A program made the translations under genes and the position numbers. The notes below the pieces were generated by a model that saw nothing but the letters and a program-made list of their open reading frames with translations, searched no databases and had not been told where the DNA came from. A DNA stretch of 63,476 bases, the filler included, from Anaerolineae bacterium (GTDB lineage Bacteria; Chloroflexota; Anaerolineae; B4-G1; DUEL01), in assembly GCA_041082215.1 (NCBI GenBank). It is 7 parts of 7 records of this genome, joined end to end, with 100 filler letters (N's around TTAATTAATTAA, not from the genome) between each part and the next. Parts side by side here need not be neighbours in the genome. Positions count along the whole stretch, not along the records: positions 11,758 to 24,514 come from JBDOIF010000003.1; positions 24,615 to 26,025 come from JBDOIF010000040.1; positions 26,126 to 28,923 come from JBDOIF010000053.1; 4 more parts are not named here. One strand, 5' to 3'. Positions 18,472 through 28,059 of the stretch are shown here, in pieces. The first letter of the stretch is position 1. Each line of letters opens with the position of its first letter.

Positions 18472-19788
18472 ATGTCCACATCACCCATCCAGGTACTCCT
18501 GTCTGCCCCCGGCCAGCAGGCGCTGAACGCCATCTACAGCCAGTTCCTGGCCGACAGCCGGCTGACCGTGGCGGCCCTGGCCACCACACCGCAGATGCTG
18601 GAGCAGGCCCTGCTCCAGACCCCGCCGGAGGTGGCCGTCATTGACGCCGAGCTTCTGCTGGAGCAGGGAGAACGGGGGATCATCAACTTCCTCTCCTCCC
18701 GGCTTGGAGGGTGTGTGGCGATAGTCCTGCTGCCCCGTCAACTGGAACGGCTGGCCGGTGCTATCTCTCAGCTAGACCGGGTACGAGAAGTGATGATCAA
18801 GCCGGTGGGGGTAGCCCAGGTCATCGAACGCTGCTACCAGGTGGGATTATCGGAGCGGGTGGCGCGAGAGGCGATGGCCCCGGCCACGACATATGCCGCC
18901 TCCGCCCTGGCCCAGACCACCGGCGCGGCAAGAGCGGTGGCGCTGGCCGGGACACGTGTTTTCGCCGTCGGCGGAGGCAAGGGCGGGCCGGGCAAAACGA
19001 CCGTCGCCGTCAACCTGGCCTACCGTCTCCACCAGGTCGGCATCCGCACGCTGCTGATGGGCTTCGATGTCCCGGACGCGGTGGGGGTGCAGTTGGGGTT
19101 GCCAATGGCCCCCAACTCCCTCAACTGGTATCGAAGGCCGACGCGGGAGGGCTTTGCGGCCTCGCTCCAGAACAAGGACGGGCTGGAGGTGTGCCTGTCG
19201 CCGAATGACAAGGTGGAGGCCAGCCGGATCGCCACGCGGCCACCCGACCAGGAGGGCTCCATCGCCCGACTGGTGGAGGCCGCCCGCGACCACCATCCGC
19301 CGTATGCGGCCATCGTGATGGACCTGCCGCCGACGGAAAGCGAGTGGTCGGTCCAGCCTCTCCTGCGGGCCAACACGGTGCTGCTGCTGTGCGAGCCGGA
19401 CGTGGCCTCGCAGGTGAACCTGGTGGCCACCGTGCGGCTCCTGACCGGCGTCTTCGACCCCCGCTATCAGGTGCCCAGGGAGGCTATCTTCGCCGTCCTC
19501 AACCGGGTGACGCCGGAGGACAGCCTGACCCCGAAGCGCATGCAGGAGGCGATCCGCGAGCAACTGGACGGCTGGGCCCCGCCCTTCGTGGCCGTCATCC
19601 CCGCCGATCCGGGGGTGCGGGCCTGCCAGGTGGACTTTGTGGTGCCGGTGACCCGCCGGCAGGAGTTTGCCGCCGGCATTGACCAGATCGTGGACTTCTT
19701 CTACCGCGACAGCCTGGGCCAGCCAGCAGGAAAGGCCGCCGGCAAGCGGGAGAAGGGGCTATTCGGCATCAGGGTCCGGCTCACCTGA
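18472..19788 (+). CDS. CpaE/TadZ-like protein (degenerate receiver domain plus MinD/ParA ATPase)
   Basis: Deviant Walker A GGKGGPGKTT, IVMDLPP, VLNRV; lies between cpaB and cpaF. Confidence 0.82.
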   Translation: MSTSPIQVLLSAPGQQALNAIYSQFLADSRLTVAALATTPQMLEQALLQTPPEVAVIDAELLLEQGERGIINFLSSRLGGCVAIVLLPRQLERLAGAISQLDRVREVMIKPVGVAQVIERCYQVGLSERVAREAMAPATTYAASALAQTTGAARAVALAGTRVFAVGGGKGGPGKTTVAVNLAYRLHQVGIRTLLMGFDVPDAVGVQLGLPMAPNSLNWYRRPTREGFAASLQNKDGLEVCLSPNDKVEASRIATRPPDQEGSIARLVEAARDHHPPYAAIVMDLPPTESEWSVQPLLRANTVLLLCEPDVASQVNLVATVRLLTGVFDPRYQVPREAIFAVLNRVTPEDSLTPKRMQEAIREQLDGWAPPFVAVIPADPGVRACQVDFVVPVTRRQEFAAGIDQIVDFFYRDSLGQPAGKAAGKREKGLFGIRVRLT

Positions 19789-19800
19789 TGGGGGTGAACG

Positions 19801-21120
19801 ATGGTGTGGCAGTATGCACAGCAACAGGCTCAGCCAGCCACCGTTGAGCCAGAGGTAGCCTCGGCCATTGCCGAGGCGGTGGTGGCCCGCGTCAACGCCG
19901 AGTTCACCCCCGCCCAGGTGCTGGACCCTGACCCGCGGACCCTCCAGGACATCATCGAGCGCATCCGGCACTGGACCCAGGCCGAACTCCGGGCCCGCAA
20001 CCTGGGCCACGTGGACTACCGCATCGAGGCGGACCTGGCCCAGCGCATCCAGCACCAGATGCTGGGGCTGGGCTTCCTGGAGCCGCTTCTGGAGCGCAAA
20101 GACCTGTCGGAGATCATGCTCAACCAGGACGGGTCTCTGTGGGTGCTCCCCAAAGGTCGCACCAATCCGGTGGCAGTGGAAGAGGTCGTGCCGGGCTTCT
20201 CCCGCCCCAGCGTTACCGAGGTGCGGATCGTGGTGGACAAACTGCTGGGGGCGGTGGGGCGGCGGGTGAACGAGGCCGAACCCATCGTCGCCGCCAAACT
20301 CCCCCGCAGCCCCAAACTGCCCGCCGGGGCGCGGGTTAACGTGGTCATCCCCCGCATCGCCAACGGCGACTATCCGGCGATGAACATCCGCTTCTACGAG
20401 GAGAAGCCGGTCAAACCAGAGCAGCTCCTGGCCTGGGGGGAACTGAACGAGCCGATGATGGAGTTCCTGACCGAAGCGGTGCGGCGGCAGTTGCGGCTGA
20501 TGATTGCCGGCGGCACGGCGACAGGGAAGACCACGCTCCTGTCCTGTCTGGCCGGCCTCATCCCCCCCAACCAGCGCATCCTCCTGGTGGAGGACCCGGC
20601 GGAAATCTTCCTGGACCATCCGCACGTGGTCAGCCTGGAGGCGCGACCGCCCACGGTGGAGGGGAAATACGGCATCTCCGTCGGCGACCTGGTGACGACG
20701 GCGATGCGGATGAGTCCCCGCTGGCTCATCGTCGGCGAGGTGCGCCACGGCGGGGCGGCGGTCTGGCTGATGCGGGCGCAGATGTCCGACCATCCCGGAA
20801 TGAGCACCATCCACGCCGACGACCCGAAGAGCGCGGTGGAGACGCTGTGCCTGCTGGCGATGATTGACAACGACCCGCCGGTCCGCTACCAGGCCACAAA
20901 GGCGCTCATCGTGCGGGCGCTGGACCTGTTTGTGCAGATTGGCATAGACCGGTGGGGGGTGCGGCGGGTGATGCGGATCGGGCAGGTTGCCCCGGAACTG
21001 AAGGGCGGGGAGGTCTTCATCGAGGACCTCTGGCTCTACCGCCCGGAACAATCCACGAAGGAAAACCCGGTCTGGGAGCAGGTGAGCCAGCTCACCCGTG
21101 GACGGACCGTGGTAGCGTAA
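19801..21120 (+). CDS. cpaF: CpaF/TadA pilus assembly ATPase
   Basis: LEPLL...SEIMLN, GGTATGKTT, VEDPAE, RMSPRWLIVGEVR, STIHA. Confidence 0.93.
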   Translation: MVWQYAQQQAQPATVEPEVASAIAEAVVARVNAEFTPAQVLDPDPRTLQDIIERIRHWTQAELRARNLGHVDYRIEADLAQRIQHQMLGLGFLEPLLERKDLSEIMLNQDGSLWVLPKGRTNPVAVEEVVPGFSRPSVTEVRIVVDKLLGAVGRRVNEAEPIVAAKLPRSPKLPAGARVNVVIPRIANGDYPAMNIRFYEEKPVKPEQLLAWGELNEPMMEFLTEAVRRQLRLMIAGGTATGKTTLLSCLAGLIPPNQRILLVEDPAEIFLDHPHVVSLEARPPTVEGKYGISVGDLVTTAMRMSPRWLIVGEVRHGGAAVWLMRAQMSDHPGMSTIHADDPKSAVETLCLLAMIDNDPPVRYQATKALIVRALDLFVQIGIDRWGVRRVMRIGQVAPELKGGEVFIEDLWLYRPEQSTKENPVWEQVSQLTRGRTVVA

Positions 21121-21132
21121 GGAGAAAAGACG

Positions 21133-22050
21133 ATGACCATACCGTATATCCCCATCCCCGTCTGGCTGGTGGCCGGGCTGGGGGGCATCTGGGTCGCGCT
21201 GGTCCTGTGGCAAGTGGTGGGCCGCAGGGCGGTGGACATCTCCCGCGACCGCGCCCGGCTGGCGCGGGTCACCGCCGCCGGCGAGGAGATGATCCAGCAG
21301 ACCCCGACCGGCGGCCTGGCGGAAGAACTGGAGGAGGCCGGACTGAGTATGTCTCCGGCATCCTTCAACCTGCTCCGTCTGGCCGGGGCTGCGCTGGGGC
21401 TGCTGGTAATCCCGGCCCTGAACCTGCCCTTCCTGCTGGGCGTGGGCCTGGCAGGGGCCGCCTGGTGGGGCAGCCGCGCCTGGCTGCGGAGCAGGGCTTC
21501 AGGCCGGGGGCGGGAGATGGACAAAGAACTCCCCACCGCGCTGGCCCGCATCGCGGCGCTGGTGGACATCGAGAGGGATATGCCAGGGCTGTTGCTGGCC
21601 GTGGCGGAGGGGCTGGCCGCCACCAATCCGGCTTCGGCGCTGGCAGCGGAGCTGCGGCGCACCGCCTCCGACCTGCGAAGCCGGGGGCCGGCAGCCCTTT
21701 CCGACCTGGAGGCCCGCGCCCCCAGCCCATCGGTTGCTACGCTGGCCTTCAACCTGCGCGTCTTCCTGGAATCCGGCGGGGAGCAGGCGAAGCTGATGGC
21801 CGAGGCCGCAGACCGGATGCAGCGGCTGCTGGCGGGCCGCAACCTGGCGCAGGCGAAGGCTGCCTCTGCGCTGACGCTGGCCAGACTCTTTCCGCTCCTC
21901 CTGGTGGGCGTGAGCCTGTTCACCTTCCAGGACCCGCAGATCGGCGCTTTCTACCGCTCCCTTCCGGGCCAGGTGCTGCTGCTGCTCATCGCCGGCGTGA
22001 TGGCCCTGGGGTACGTGTTCATCAGGAAAATGGTGGAGGATGTGGCATGA
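21133..22050 (+). CDS. tadB: TadB-like membrane platform protein
   Basis: T2SSF-like topology (TMs, ELPTALARIA cytoplasmic domain, two C-terminal TMs); follows cpaF. Confidence 0.78.
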   Translation: MTIPYIPIPVWLVAGLGGIWVALVLWQVVGRRAVDISRDRARLARVTAAGEEMIQQTPTGGLAEELEEAGLSMSPASFNLLRLAGAALGLLVIPALNLPFLLGVGLAGAAWWGSRAWLRSRASGRGREMDKELPTALARIAALVDIERDMPGLLLAVAEGLAATNPASALAAELRRTASDLRSRGPAALSDLEARAPSPSVATLAFNLRVFLESGGEQAKLMAEAADRMQRLLAGRNLAQAKAASALTLARLFPLLLVGVSLFTFQDPQIGAFYRSLPGQVLLLLIAGVMALGYVFIRKMVEDVA

Positions 22051-22439
22051 GCGACGGACCGGAGCCGGTCTCAGTGGTGGTGTGCGAGGATGTGCTGGCC
22101 AACCCGTCGGGGCGACTGACGCTGTACAACCTGTTCCGCGACCTGACGGCGGACGGTTTCCCGGCCACGCTCCCCCGACTGCACGTGGTGACCACCTGGT
22201 ACAATCCGCAGAAAGACGACGGCAGGGCCCTGATCCGCGTGGCCATCCTGGCCCCCGACGGGAGTCTGGTGGGAGATGCCACGGCGACCATTTCTGTCGC
22301 TCTGGGCGCTTATCACACCCAGGTCTCCCGCTTCCGCGACCTGGTACTGCCAGAGCCAGGGACGTATCGGGTGCAGGTTGCCCAAGAAAGCCGGATCGTG
22401 TCCGACCTGCCGCTGACGGTGATAGGGACTGGAGGTTAA
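22047..22439 (+). CDS. DUF6941-like small beta-sandwich protein
   Basis: VVCEDV...GRLTLYNLF...FPATLP...LPEPGTYRVQV; ATGA overlap with tadB and 1 bp gap to tadC. Confidence 0.7.
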   Translation: MSDGPEPVSVVVCEDVLANPSGRLTLYNLFRDLTADGFPATLPRLHVVTTWYNPQKDDGRALIRVAILAPDGSLVGDATATISVALGAYHTQVSRFRDLVLPEPGTYRVQVAQESRIVSDLPLTVIGTGG

Positions 22440-22440
22440 T

Positions 22441-23322
22441 ATGCATATCCTGGTTGCCTTTGTCGCTGCGGTGTGGGTGGCATCGCTTCTGTACCGGCTG
22501 GTGCCGGTGCCGGCGGCGGTGGACCGCGCCCGCCTGGGGCGGGTGATGGCCACCGGGGCCCCACCCACCCTTCCCTTCTGGCGGGCGCTGTTGCTGCCGT
22601 TCAATGCCCTGGCCGCAAAGCTCCCCCCCGCCCTGGCCCTCAACGCCGACCGGCTGCTGTACTGGGCGCAGTTCCAGGGGGCATGGGTGGGCTGGACGGC
22701 GGTGGAGTTCTGGGGGCTGCGTCTGGCCGTGACCCTGCTGGCTCTGGCAGTGGGGATGGCGGCGGCGGGGGATCCGCTGCTGGCCCTTGTTTTCGCCGGT
22801 ATCGGCTGGATGTATCCGGGGACACGGCTCTCCGGCCCGGCCAACCGCGCCATCCGGCAGGTGGAGCAGGAGCTGCCAGAGGTGGCAGGGGAAATGGCGC
22901 TGCTGGTGGGGACCGGCAAGCCCATCGCCGAGGCGCTGCGGGTCATCGCCGGCGGGCGGGGGATGGTAGCCCGCTGGCTCCAGCGCACCCTGGCCGCCCG
23001 TCCCGCCGACCGCCCGCTCCTGGGGCGCAGTTTGGGCGGACGGCCCGGCTTCCTGCGCGAGGAGGCCGGGCGGGCCGGGGTGCCGGGACTGGTCAACTTC
23101 GCCGTCCAACTGGACATCCTCCAGGAAAGCGGAGCGGGCGGGGAAATCCTGCTGGGCAGCCTGGCCGAGTCGGTGGCGGCGGAATACCAGGCGCGGGTGA
23201 TGGCCCGCGCCGAGGCGCTGGCCGATAAACTGACCCTGCCGGTGATGATTTTCTACTTCCTCCCCTACCTGGCCGGGCTGCTGATCCCGGTGTTCGCCGG
23301 AAGCCTGACGATGATGAGGTAG
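22441..23322 (+). CDS. tadC: TadC-like membrane platform protein
   Basis: ELPEVAGEMALLVGTG...AEALADKLTLPVMIFYFLP, a typical TadC C-terminus. Confidence 0.8.
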   Translation: MHILVAFVAAVWVASLLYRLVPVPAAVDRARLGRVMATGAPPTLPFWRALLLPFNALAAKLPPALALNADRLLYWAQFQGAWVGWTAVEFWGLRLAVTLLALAVGMAAAGDPLLALVFAGIGWMYPGTRLSGPANRAIRQVEQELPEVAGEMALLVGTGKPIAEALRVIAGGRGMVARWLQRTLAARPADRPLLGRSLGGRPGFLREEAGRAGVPGLVNFAVQLDILQESGAGGEILLGSLAESVAAEYQARVMARAEALADKLTLPVMIFYFLPYLAGLLIPVFAGSLTMMR

Positions 23323-23326
23323 CAGG

Positions 23327-23776
23327 ATGGGAAGACGAACCGCAACGATCATCGCACTGACAGGTCTGGCCATAGCAGGACTGGCGTGCAGGCCGGGCAT
23401 CCCTGCCCCCTCTGTCCCGCCGGATGTGTCGGTGCAGCTTCGGGAAACCGCAGTCCCTGCTCACACCACGACCATCCAGGTCCAGGTGGAGCAGGTGGTT
23501 GTGCTGACGGAGACGGTCGTGGTGAGCTTCACCGTGTCCACAGCGGGAACACAGGCGCTCCTGTTCGATATGCCGGAGCTGGACGGGAAACAGCCCACAC
23601 CCGACAGCCTGGAGGCGGCCCACTTCGCATTGCTCGACCTGGCAACACGGGGGCAGGCTCAGGCTAGCCTGGAGTTTCCAAAGCCCGCCACGGAACCACC
23701 GTGGGCGCTGGTCTTCAACCCGCTGCACGAGCCGACCGACTACGTGGCCCCACGGGTGGAGGTGATGGTCCGTTGA
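23327..23776 (+). CDS. Lipoprotein, function unknown
   Basis: Signal peptide with LAC lipobox; beta-rich body. Confidence 0.7.
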   Translation: MGRRTATIIALTGLAIAGLACRPGIPAPSVPPDVSVQLRETAVPAHTTTIQVQVEQVVVLTETVVVSFTVSTAGTQALLFDMPELDGKQPTPDSLEAAHFALLDLATRGQAQASLEFPKPATEPPWALVFNPLHEPTDYVAPRVEVMVR

Positions 23777-23973
23777 ACAACAACTTGCTCCAGGATGTGA
23801 GAGACGTGCTCCGTCACATGCGGAGATTCCTTGCCGCTTTCCGGTATGGGGGAACATCCGACCTGTACCGGGAAGTGGAGCGGGTGCTCCGACTTGTGGA
23901 GCAAGTTTCAGCAGAGCCTGAACAGACCATGCTGCCCGGAATGGAGGGGCTGATCGTATGCGAAATGCAGTAG
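23773..23973 (+). CDS. Small hypothetical helical protein (66 aa, TTG start)
   Basis: GGAGGT RBS at 23758-23763; start overlaps the upstream stop. Confidence 0.5.
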   Translation: MNNNLLQDVRDVLRHMRRFLAAFRYGGTSDLYREVERVLRLVEQVSAEPEQTMLPGMEGLIVCEMQ

Positions 23974-24182
23974 CGGGGGGCAGGCTGATAGAGGCCGGAC
24001 CGGATGCGCCGAAAGAGGCACAGTGCCCTATCTGCGGTGGGCGGGTGCAGCTCCGCATCTACTGGGATATAGGCAGGAAGTGGCCTCATTGGGTCTATCG
24101 CCACAAGCAGGGAGAAGGACTGAACTGCCCGCGCAGAAAGACACGCAAAACTCGGTCTGCTGAGGAGGGTACGGGGAATTGA
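23958..24182 (+). CDS. Small zinc-ribbon protein (resembles the CoiA N-terminal zinc finger)
   Basis: CPICGGRVQLR...YRH...CP; GGAGG RBS. Confidence 0.6.
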   Translation: MRNAVAGGRLIEAGPDAPKEAQCPICGGRVQLRIYWDIGRKWPHWVYRHKQGEGLNCPRRKTRKTRSAEEGTGN

Positions 24183-24394
24183 ACACAGGAGAAGTGGTGG
24201 ATGCCCTCCTCGCCCTCGACGAGCCGTGGCGAAGCCGCTTTCTCAGGCTGACGGCCAGCATAGCCACCGGATGGTCCTGGAACGGGCGGGGAGAGCCGAC
24301 AAGAGAAGAGCTGGAGGAATGGCTGGAGAACCCGGGCCTGCGAAGGAGGGTAACGGTGCTGCTTCAAACCTGGACGGGCGGGAGATTGCCGTAG
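24179..24394 (+). CDS. Small hypothetical protein (71 aa)
   Basis: GAGGAGG RBS; start overlaps the upstream stop. Confidence 0.55.
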   Translation: MNTGEVVDALLALDEPWRSRFLRLTASIATGWSWNGRGEPTREELEEWLENPGLRRRVTVLLQTWTGGRLP

Positions 24395-24406
24395 AGAGGT
24401 GAAAGG

Positions 24407-24514
24407 ATGCGAGGTATAACTGCTGCTGCCATCGGCGCTCTGCTCCTTCTGGCCCTGGTTGTGCTTCTGCTGCCGTCGGGCGAGACCCGTCCGGCCCTGG
24501 CCGCGCCGGTCCGG
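24407..24514 (+). CDS. Secreted protein, signal peptide only (3' truncated)
   Basis: MRGITAAAIGALLLLALVVLLLPSGETRPALAAPVR; GAGGTG RBS. Confidence 0.6.
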
Positions 24515-24614
24515 NNNNNNNNNNNNNNNNNNNNNNNNNNNNNNNNNNNNNNNNNNNNTTAATTAATTAANNNNNNNNNNNNNNNNNNNNNNNNNNNNNN
24601 NNNNNNNNNNNNNN

Positions 24615-25619
24615 CGCCTCAAACCGACCCGACTGAGACCGCTTCCAGGTCAGACCTGCATACGCCGCCAGCTGCGGATGATCGGGAAAGCGCCGGATGT
24701 CGCCGACTTCTGCCAAACTCCCTGCGCTGATCACCGGCCCCAGCCCGGAGACGGTCTGGAGGGGATTGGGCACATCCGCTATCTGGCGGGCAATCTCCCG
24801 GTCCAGTCGCTGGAGCAACCGCTCCAGAAACTGGATATGGTCTCGCATCGCCGCCAGGCTGAAAGTCACCGCCTCATCCAGTTCCGGCGCCACCGGGTAG
24901 GAGCGGCGGAGCGCCTCCTGGACCTTGCGGGCGACGGCCACCGGGTCATCAAAGGCGTGACGCCCCCGGCGGGCGATCAGGTCGGCCAGGGCTGCCAACG
25001 ACATCTGGGCCAGTTCGTCGGCGGTAAACTCGGTCAGCAAGGCCATACTGGTGGCGCCCAGCGGGTCGCTGGTGGGTTGAACCTGCTGCCAGGCACTCAG
25101 TTTGAGAAACAGATAGGCCAGGAAGCGGACCTTCTCCCGGGCCAGGTCGTGGACGAGGTGGTAGCGGTAGCGAGTCAGCCGCCGGAGCGCCTGCCAGAAG
25201 TCATCGGGAACCGAAGCGGCGGGGAGGTGGCCGAAGCGGAGGCGTTCGGCGATGGCCCGGGCATCCCGGTCGTCCGTTTTCTCGGCACGCAGGTCCAGCC
25301 CTTTCTTGAAATGGGCGACCAATTTGGGGTTGAAGAGCACCAGGCGGGGGTGGAAGGGGGCCAGAAGGGGGCTCTGTTCTACGGCCCGGTAGAAGGGAAG
25401 CCAGAAGAAACTGGTGGCTTCCATCCCGACCACCAGGGACGTGTAGGCGTGGGTGGAGAGGAGATGGTGAAGGGTCTGGATGGCTTCTTGGGCACCGAAA
25501 TGGTCGTTGGAGACGGTAAAAGGAGCCATTACCGGGTGGTCTGAATCTGGATCCACCGGGCAGATGCAAATGGTCTCCTGGTGGACATCGCAACCGACAA
25601 TCAGGATTCGTTCGCTCAT
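24615..25619 (-). mobile_element. IS110-family recombinase/transposase (3' truncated)
   Basis: DEDD RuvC-like motifs GCDVH, GMEATS, KTDDRDA; C-terminal VSGLG...LAAYAGL...SQSG with the conserved Ser. Confidence 0.95.
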
Positions 25620-25892
25620 TCTCGCCTCCCGGAAAGGATATGGCTCAGGGAGGGAGAGGGTCTCCCAGGGAGCCGGGGGGATCAACAACCTCGTGGTATC
25701 AGAACTCAGGCGGCACCCTGCAACCGCACGGGAACAGTTTGCGAGTTAGAAGAACCCCCCGGCGTGGGGAACAATCTCTCCAGAGAAGACACCTTTCGGT
25801 GCAACAAGGGGGGAGCAGAACATCCCTTCACCCTGCCTGAGCACAAAGCATTATCCCCTGGAATCCCTCTCCTTGCAACCTATTATACGAGG
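25620..25892 (-). ncRNA. IS110 left non-coding end, candidate bridge/seek RNA
   Basis: Enclosing stem GGAGAGGG/CCCTCTCC, inner stem CTCAGGC/GCCTGAG, CACC-GAAA-GGTG hairpin; orphan TATAAT at 25887-25882. Confidence 0.6.
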
Positions 25893-25962
25893 AGGGATGG
25901 GGCTGGGGCGGATGATCTACTGCTTTCATCGTTCCTCCACTATTCTCTGCAGAGGAGGTACC

Positions 25963-26025
25963 ATGACCCGGAATCAGATTCTGCTGGCTGGAGTGCTGCT
26001 GGTGCTGGCGGGGATGGCCTGCTCT
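25963..26025 (+). CDS. Lipoprotein N-terminus (3' truncated)
   Basis: AGGAGGT RBS; MTRNQILLAGVLLVLAGMACS lipobox. Confidence 0.65.
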
Positions 26026-26125
26026 NNNNNNNNNNNNNNNNNNNNNNNNNNNNNNNNNNNNNNNNNNNNTTAATTAATTAANNNNNNNNNNNNNNNNNNN
26101 NNNNNNNNNNNNNNNNNNNNNNNNN

Positions 26126-27871
26126 CGGCGCGTAGACTGTGGAGGGAACCTGCAACACATATCGGTCGGCCCAGCGGAAGCCGGGGGTGAGCCAGGTCGT
26201 GGAGAGCAGCCCCACGCCCGGGAAGGTATCCCGCTGCGCCACCAGCAGCTCCCCCTCCCCCAACAGATGCACGAAGACGGTGTAATCCCGATCCGCCGGC
26301 GCCAGCGCCTCCCAGTAGAGGGTCACGCCCAGCTTCCCTCCCGGCTCCACCGCCCCGGCCTCCAGACCGTATCCCAGAAGCCGCATCACCCCGCCGAAGT
26401 CGGCCTCCAGCCGATGGGGTATGGCACTGATCTGTTCCCCGGTCAGCGGCTCGGGGAGGGCGTAAGCGGGCGCGATCCAGGCGAAGGGGGCGACGGCGGA
26501 GAGGATGAAGAGGATCGCAGAGAGGGTCAGGAATGTGAGACGCAAGATGTGGAACGTCAAACGTGAGACGTCAGACGTCAAGCGTGAAATATGAAATGCG
26601 AGGGAGCGGAGGCCAAGGACGAGGAGAAGCGACCAGACGGAAATCGCCGGGAAGACGAGCCGTCCCTGTGAGGACCAGGTGACGCGGGCCCAGCCGACCC
26701 AGGGGATGAGGACCAGGAGCGCCCAGAGGAGGGAAAGGAGGAGGGGGAGGCGGGGGGACGCGGGGACACGGGGACGCGGAGAGGCGGGGACGCGGAGAGG
26801 GAGGAGAGAAAGGAGGAGACCGAAAAGGGAGAGGAGGGAGAGGGTGTTGAGAAGAGTGTAGGTCCAGGCAGGCATCGGGACATTGAGGCCGCCGAAGTTG
26901 CCCCAGTAGCCAGCGAGGAAACTGTGTCGCTCCCGCCAGAGCTGAGCCAGGTCGGCCGGGACGTCCCGCCGGCCCAGCACCTCGATGAAGGCATTGAGGC
27001 CGGTGAGGTCGCCGTAGAGGCGGAGGTTGCGCAGGTACCACCATCCGGCGATGAGGAGCATCGGCAGGGCCGTCGCCAGCCCGCCGAGGAGGAACTCGGC
27101 CCACGAGCGACGCCGCACTGCCCGCACCGCGACCACCGCTGCCGCCACCACCGCCAGTCCCAGCGCGCTGGTCTTGGTCAGCGCCCCCAGGCCCAGCACC
27201 ACGCCCAGCGCCAGGTAACGGCCTAACGCCTGCCGCGTCGTCCCCTCCCCTTCCTTCGCCAGCCGCAGGAGCATCCACAGCCCCAGCCCACACAGGGGAA
27301 CCGTCAGGTTGTCGTTGTTGACCGCGCCGGAGATGAAGACGAACATCGGCGTGAAGGCGTGGACCATCGCCGTCGCCAGGGCGAGGACCGGATCGCCCGG
27401 AATGACCTCCCGCGCGATGCGGTAGGTGAAATAGACCCCTGCCGCACCCATCAGCACGGAGAGGAGGCGGATCAGGTGGACCGCCAGGACCGTCCCCCGC
27501 CAGGGGAAAGCCTCCAGCGCCGGGTTGTGGACCACCAGGTTGATGTTGCCATCGGGGGTGGCGACGCCGTTATCCACGTGGGGGTTGAGGTGGCGGACCA
27601 CCTCCATATCTGACGTATCAATCCAGGCAGTGAGCACCGCGGCAATGGCATAGTAGAGAGGCGGCTGGCTTCCCTCCTGCCGCCACGGACCGACGTTTTC
27701 CGGGTCCTGCACCGGCAGGTCCCAGTGATCGGCGATGTACCTGACCATCGGGTAGTGCCACAGCTCGTCGGAGGCCTCAAAGGGAGGGACGACGACACTG
27801 TAGACGGTCCCCAGCACGACAAAAACCGCCAGAATGATGGCCAAAACTATCCTCTCCGCGCGTTCGCTCAC
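26126..27871 (-). CDS. GT-C (ArnT/PMT-like) membrane glycosyltransferase with a C-terminal Ig-like domain (3' truncated)
   Basis: PPFEASDELWH, QPPLYY, VNNDN, LTK, QGRL motifs; VTLYWEA...DYTVFVHL domain; GTG start after AGGAG. Confidence 0.85.
26532..26600. repeat. Degenerate 7-bp tandem repeat inside the CDS
   Basis: acgtcaa-acgtgag-acgtcag-acgtcaa-gcgtgaa, encoding FHISRLTSDVSRLTFHILRLTF. Confidence 0.7.
26743..26800. repeat. 8-bp tandem repeat inside the CDS
   Basis: ggggacgc-ggggacac-ggggacgc-ggagaggc, encoding RVPASPRPRVPASPR. Confidence 0.75.
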
Positions 27872-27932
27872 TACCTTGCTCCTGGGGTATCTGCCTACCT
27901 GCCTCCTCTGGACCAACCCGAAACGCCGACTT

Positions 27933-28021
27933 CATCACAAATGACACGAATGGACCGAATTCCACGAATTGCAGAGCTTTTTTTATTCGTGTGAATTCGC
28001 GCGTTCGTGTCATTCGTGATG
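27933..28021 (-). repeat. Long intergenic inverted repeat built from CACGAAT-like units
   Basis: 18-bp stem 27933-27950/28004-28021 with one mismatch that is G.U on the minus strand, plus inner stem GAATTCCACGAAT/ATTCGTGTGAATTC. Confidence 0.7.
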
Positions 28022-28059
28022 GCAGTAGGTAGTTACTTCTCACCACAGAGAACACGGAG

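Noticed and set aside
24407..26025. IS110 inserted into the Tad/ATPase operon
   Set aside because: A linker separates them; adjacency is not established
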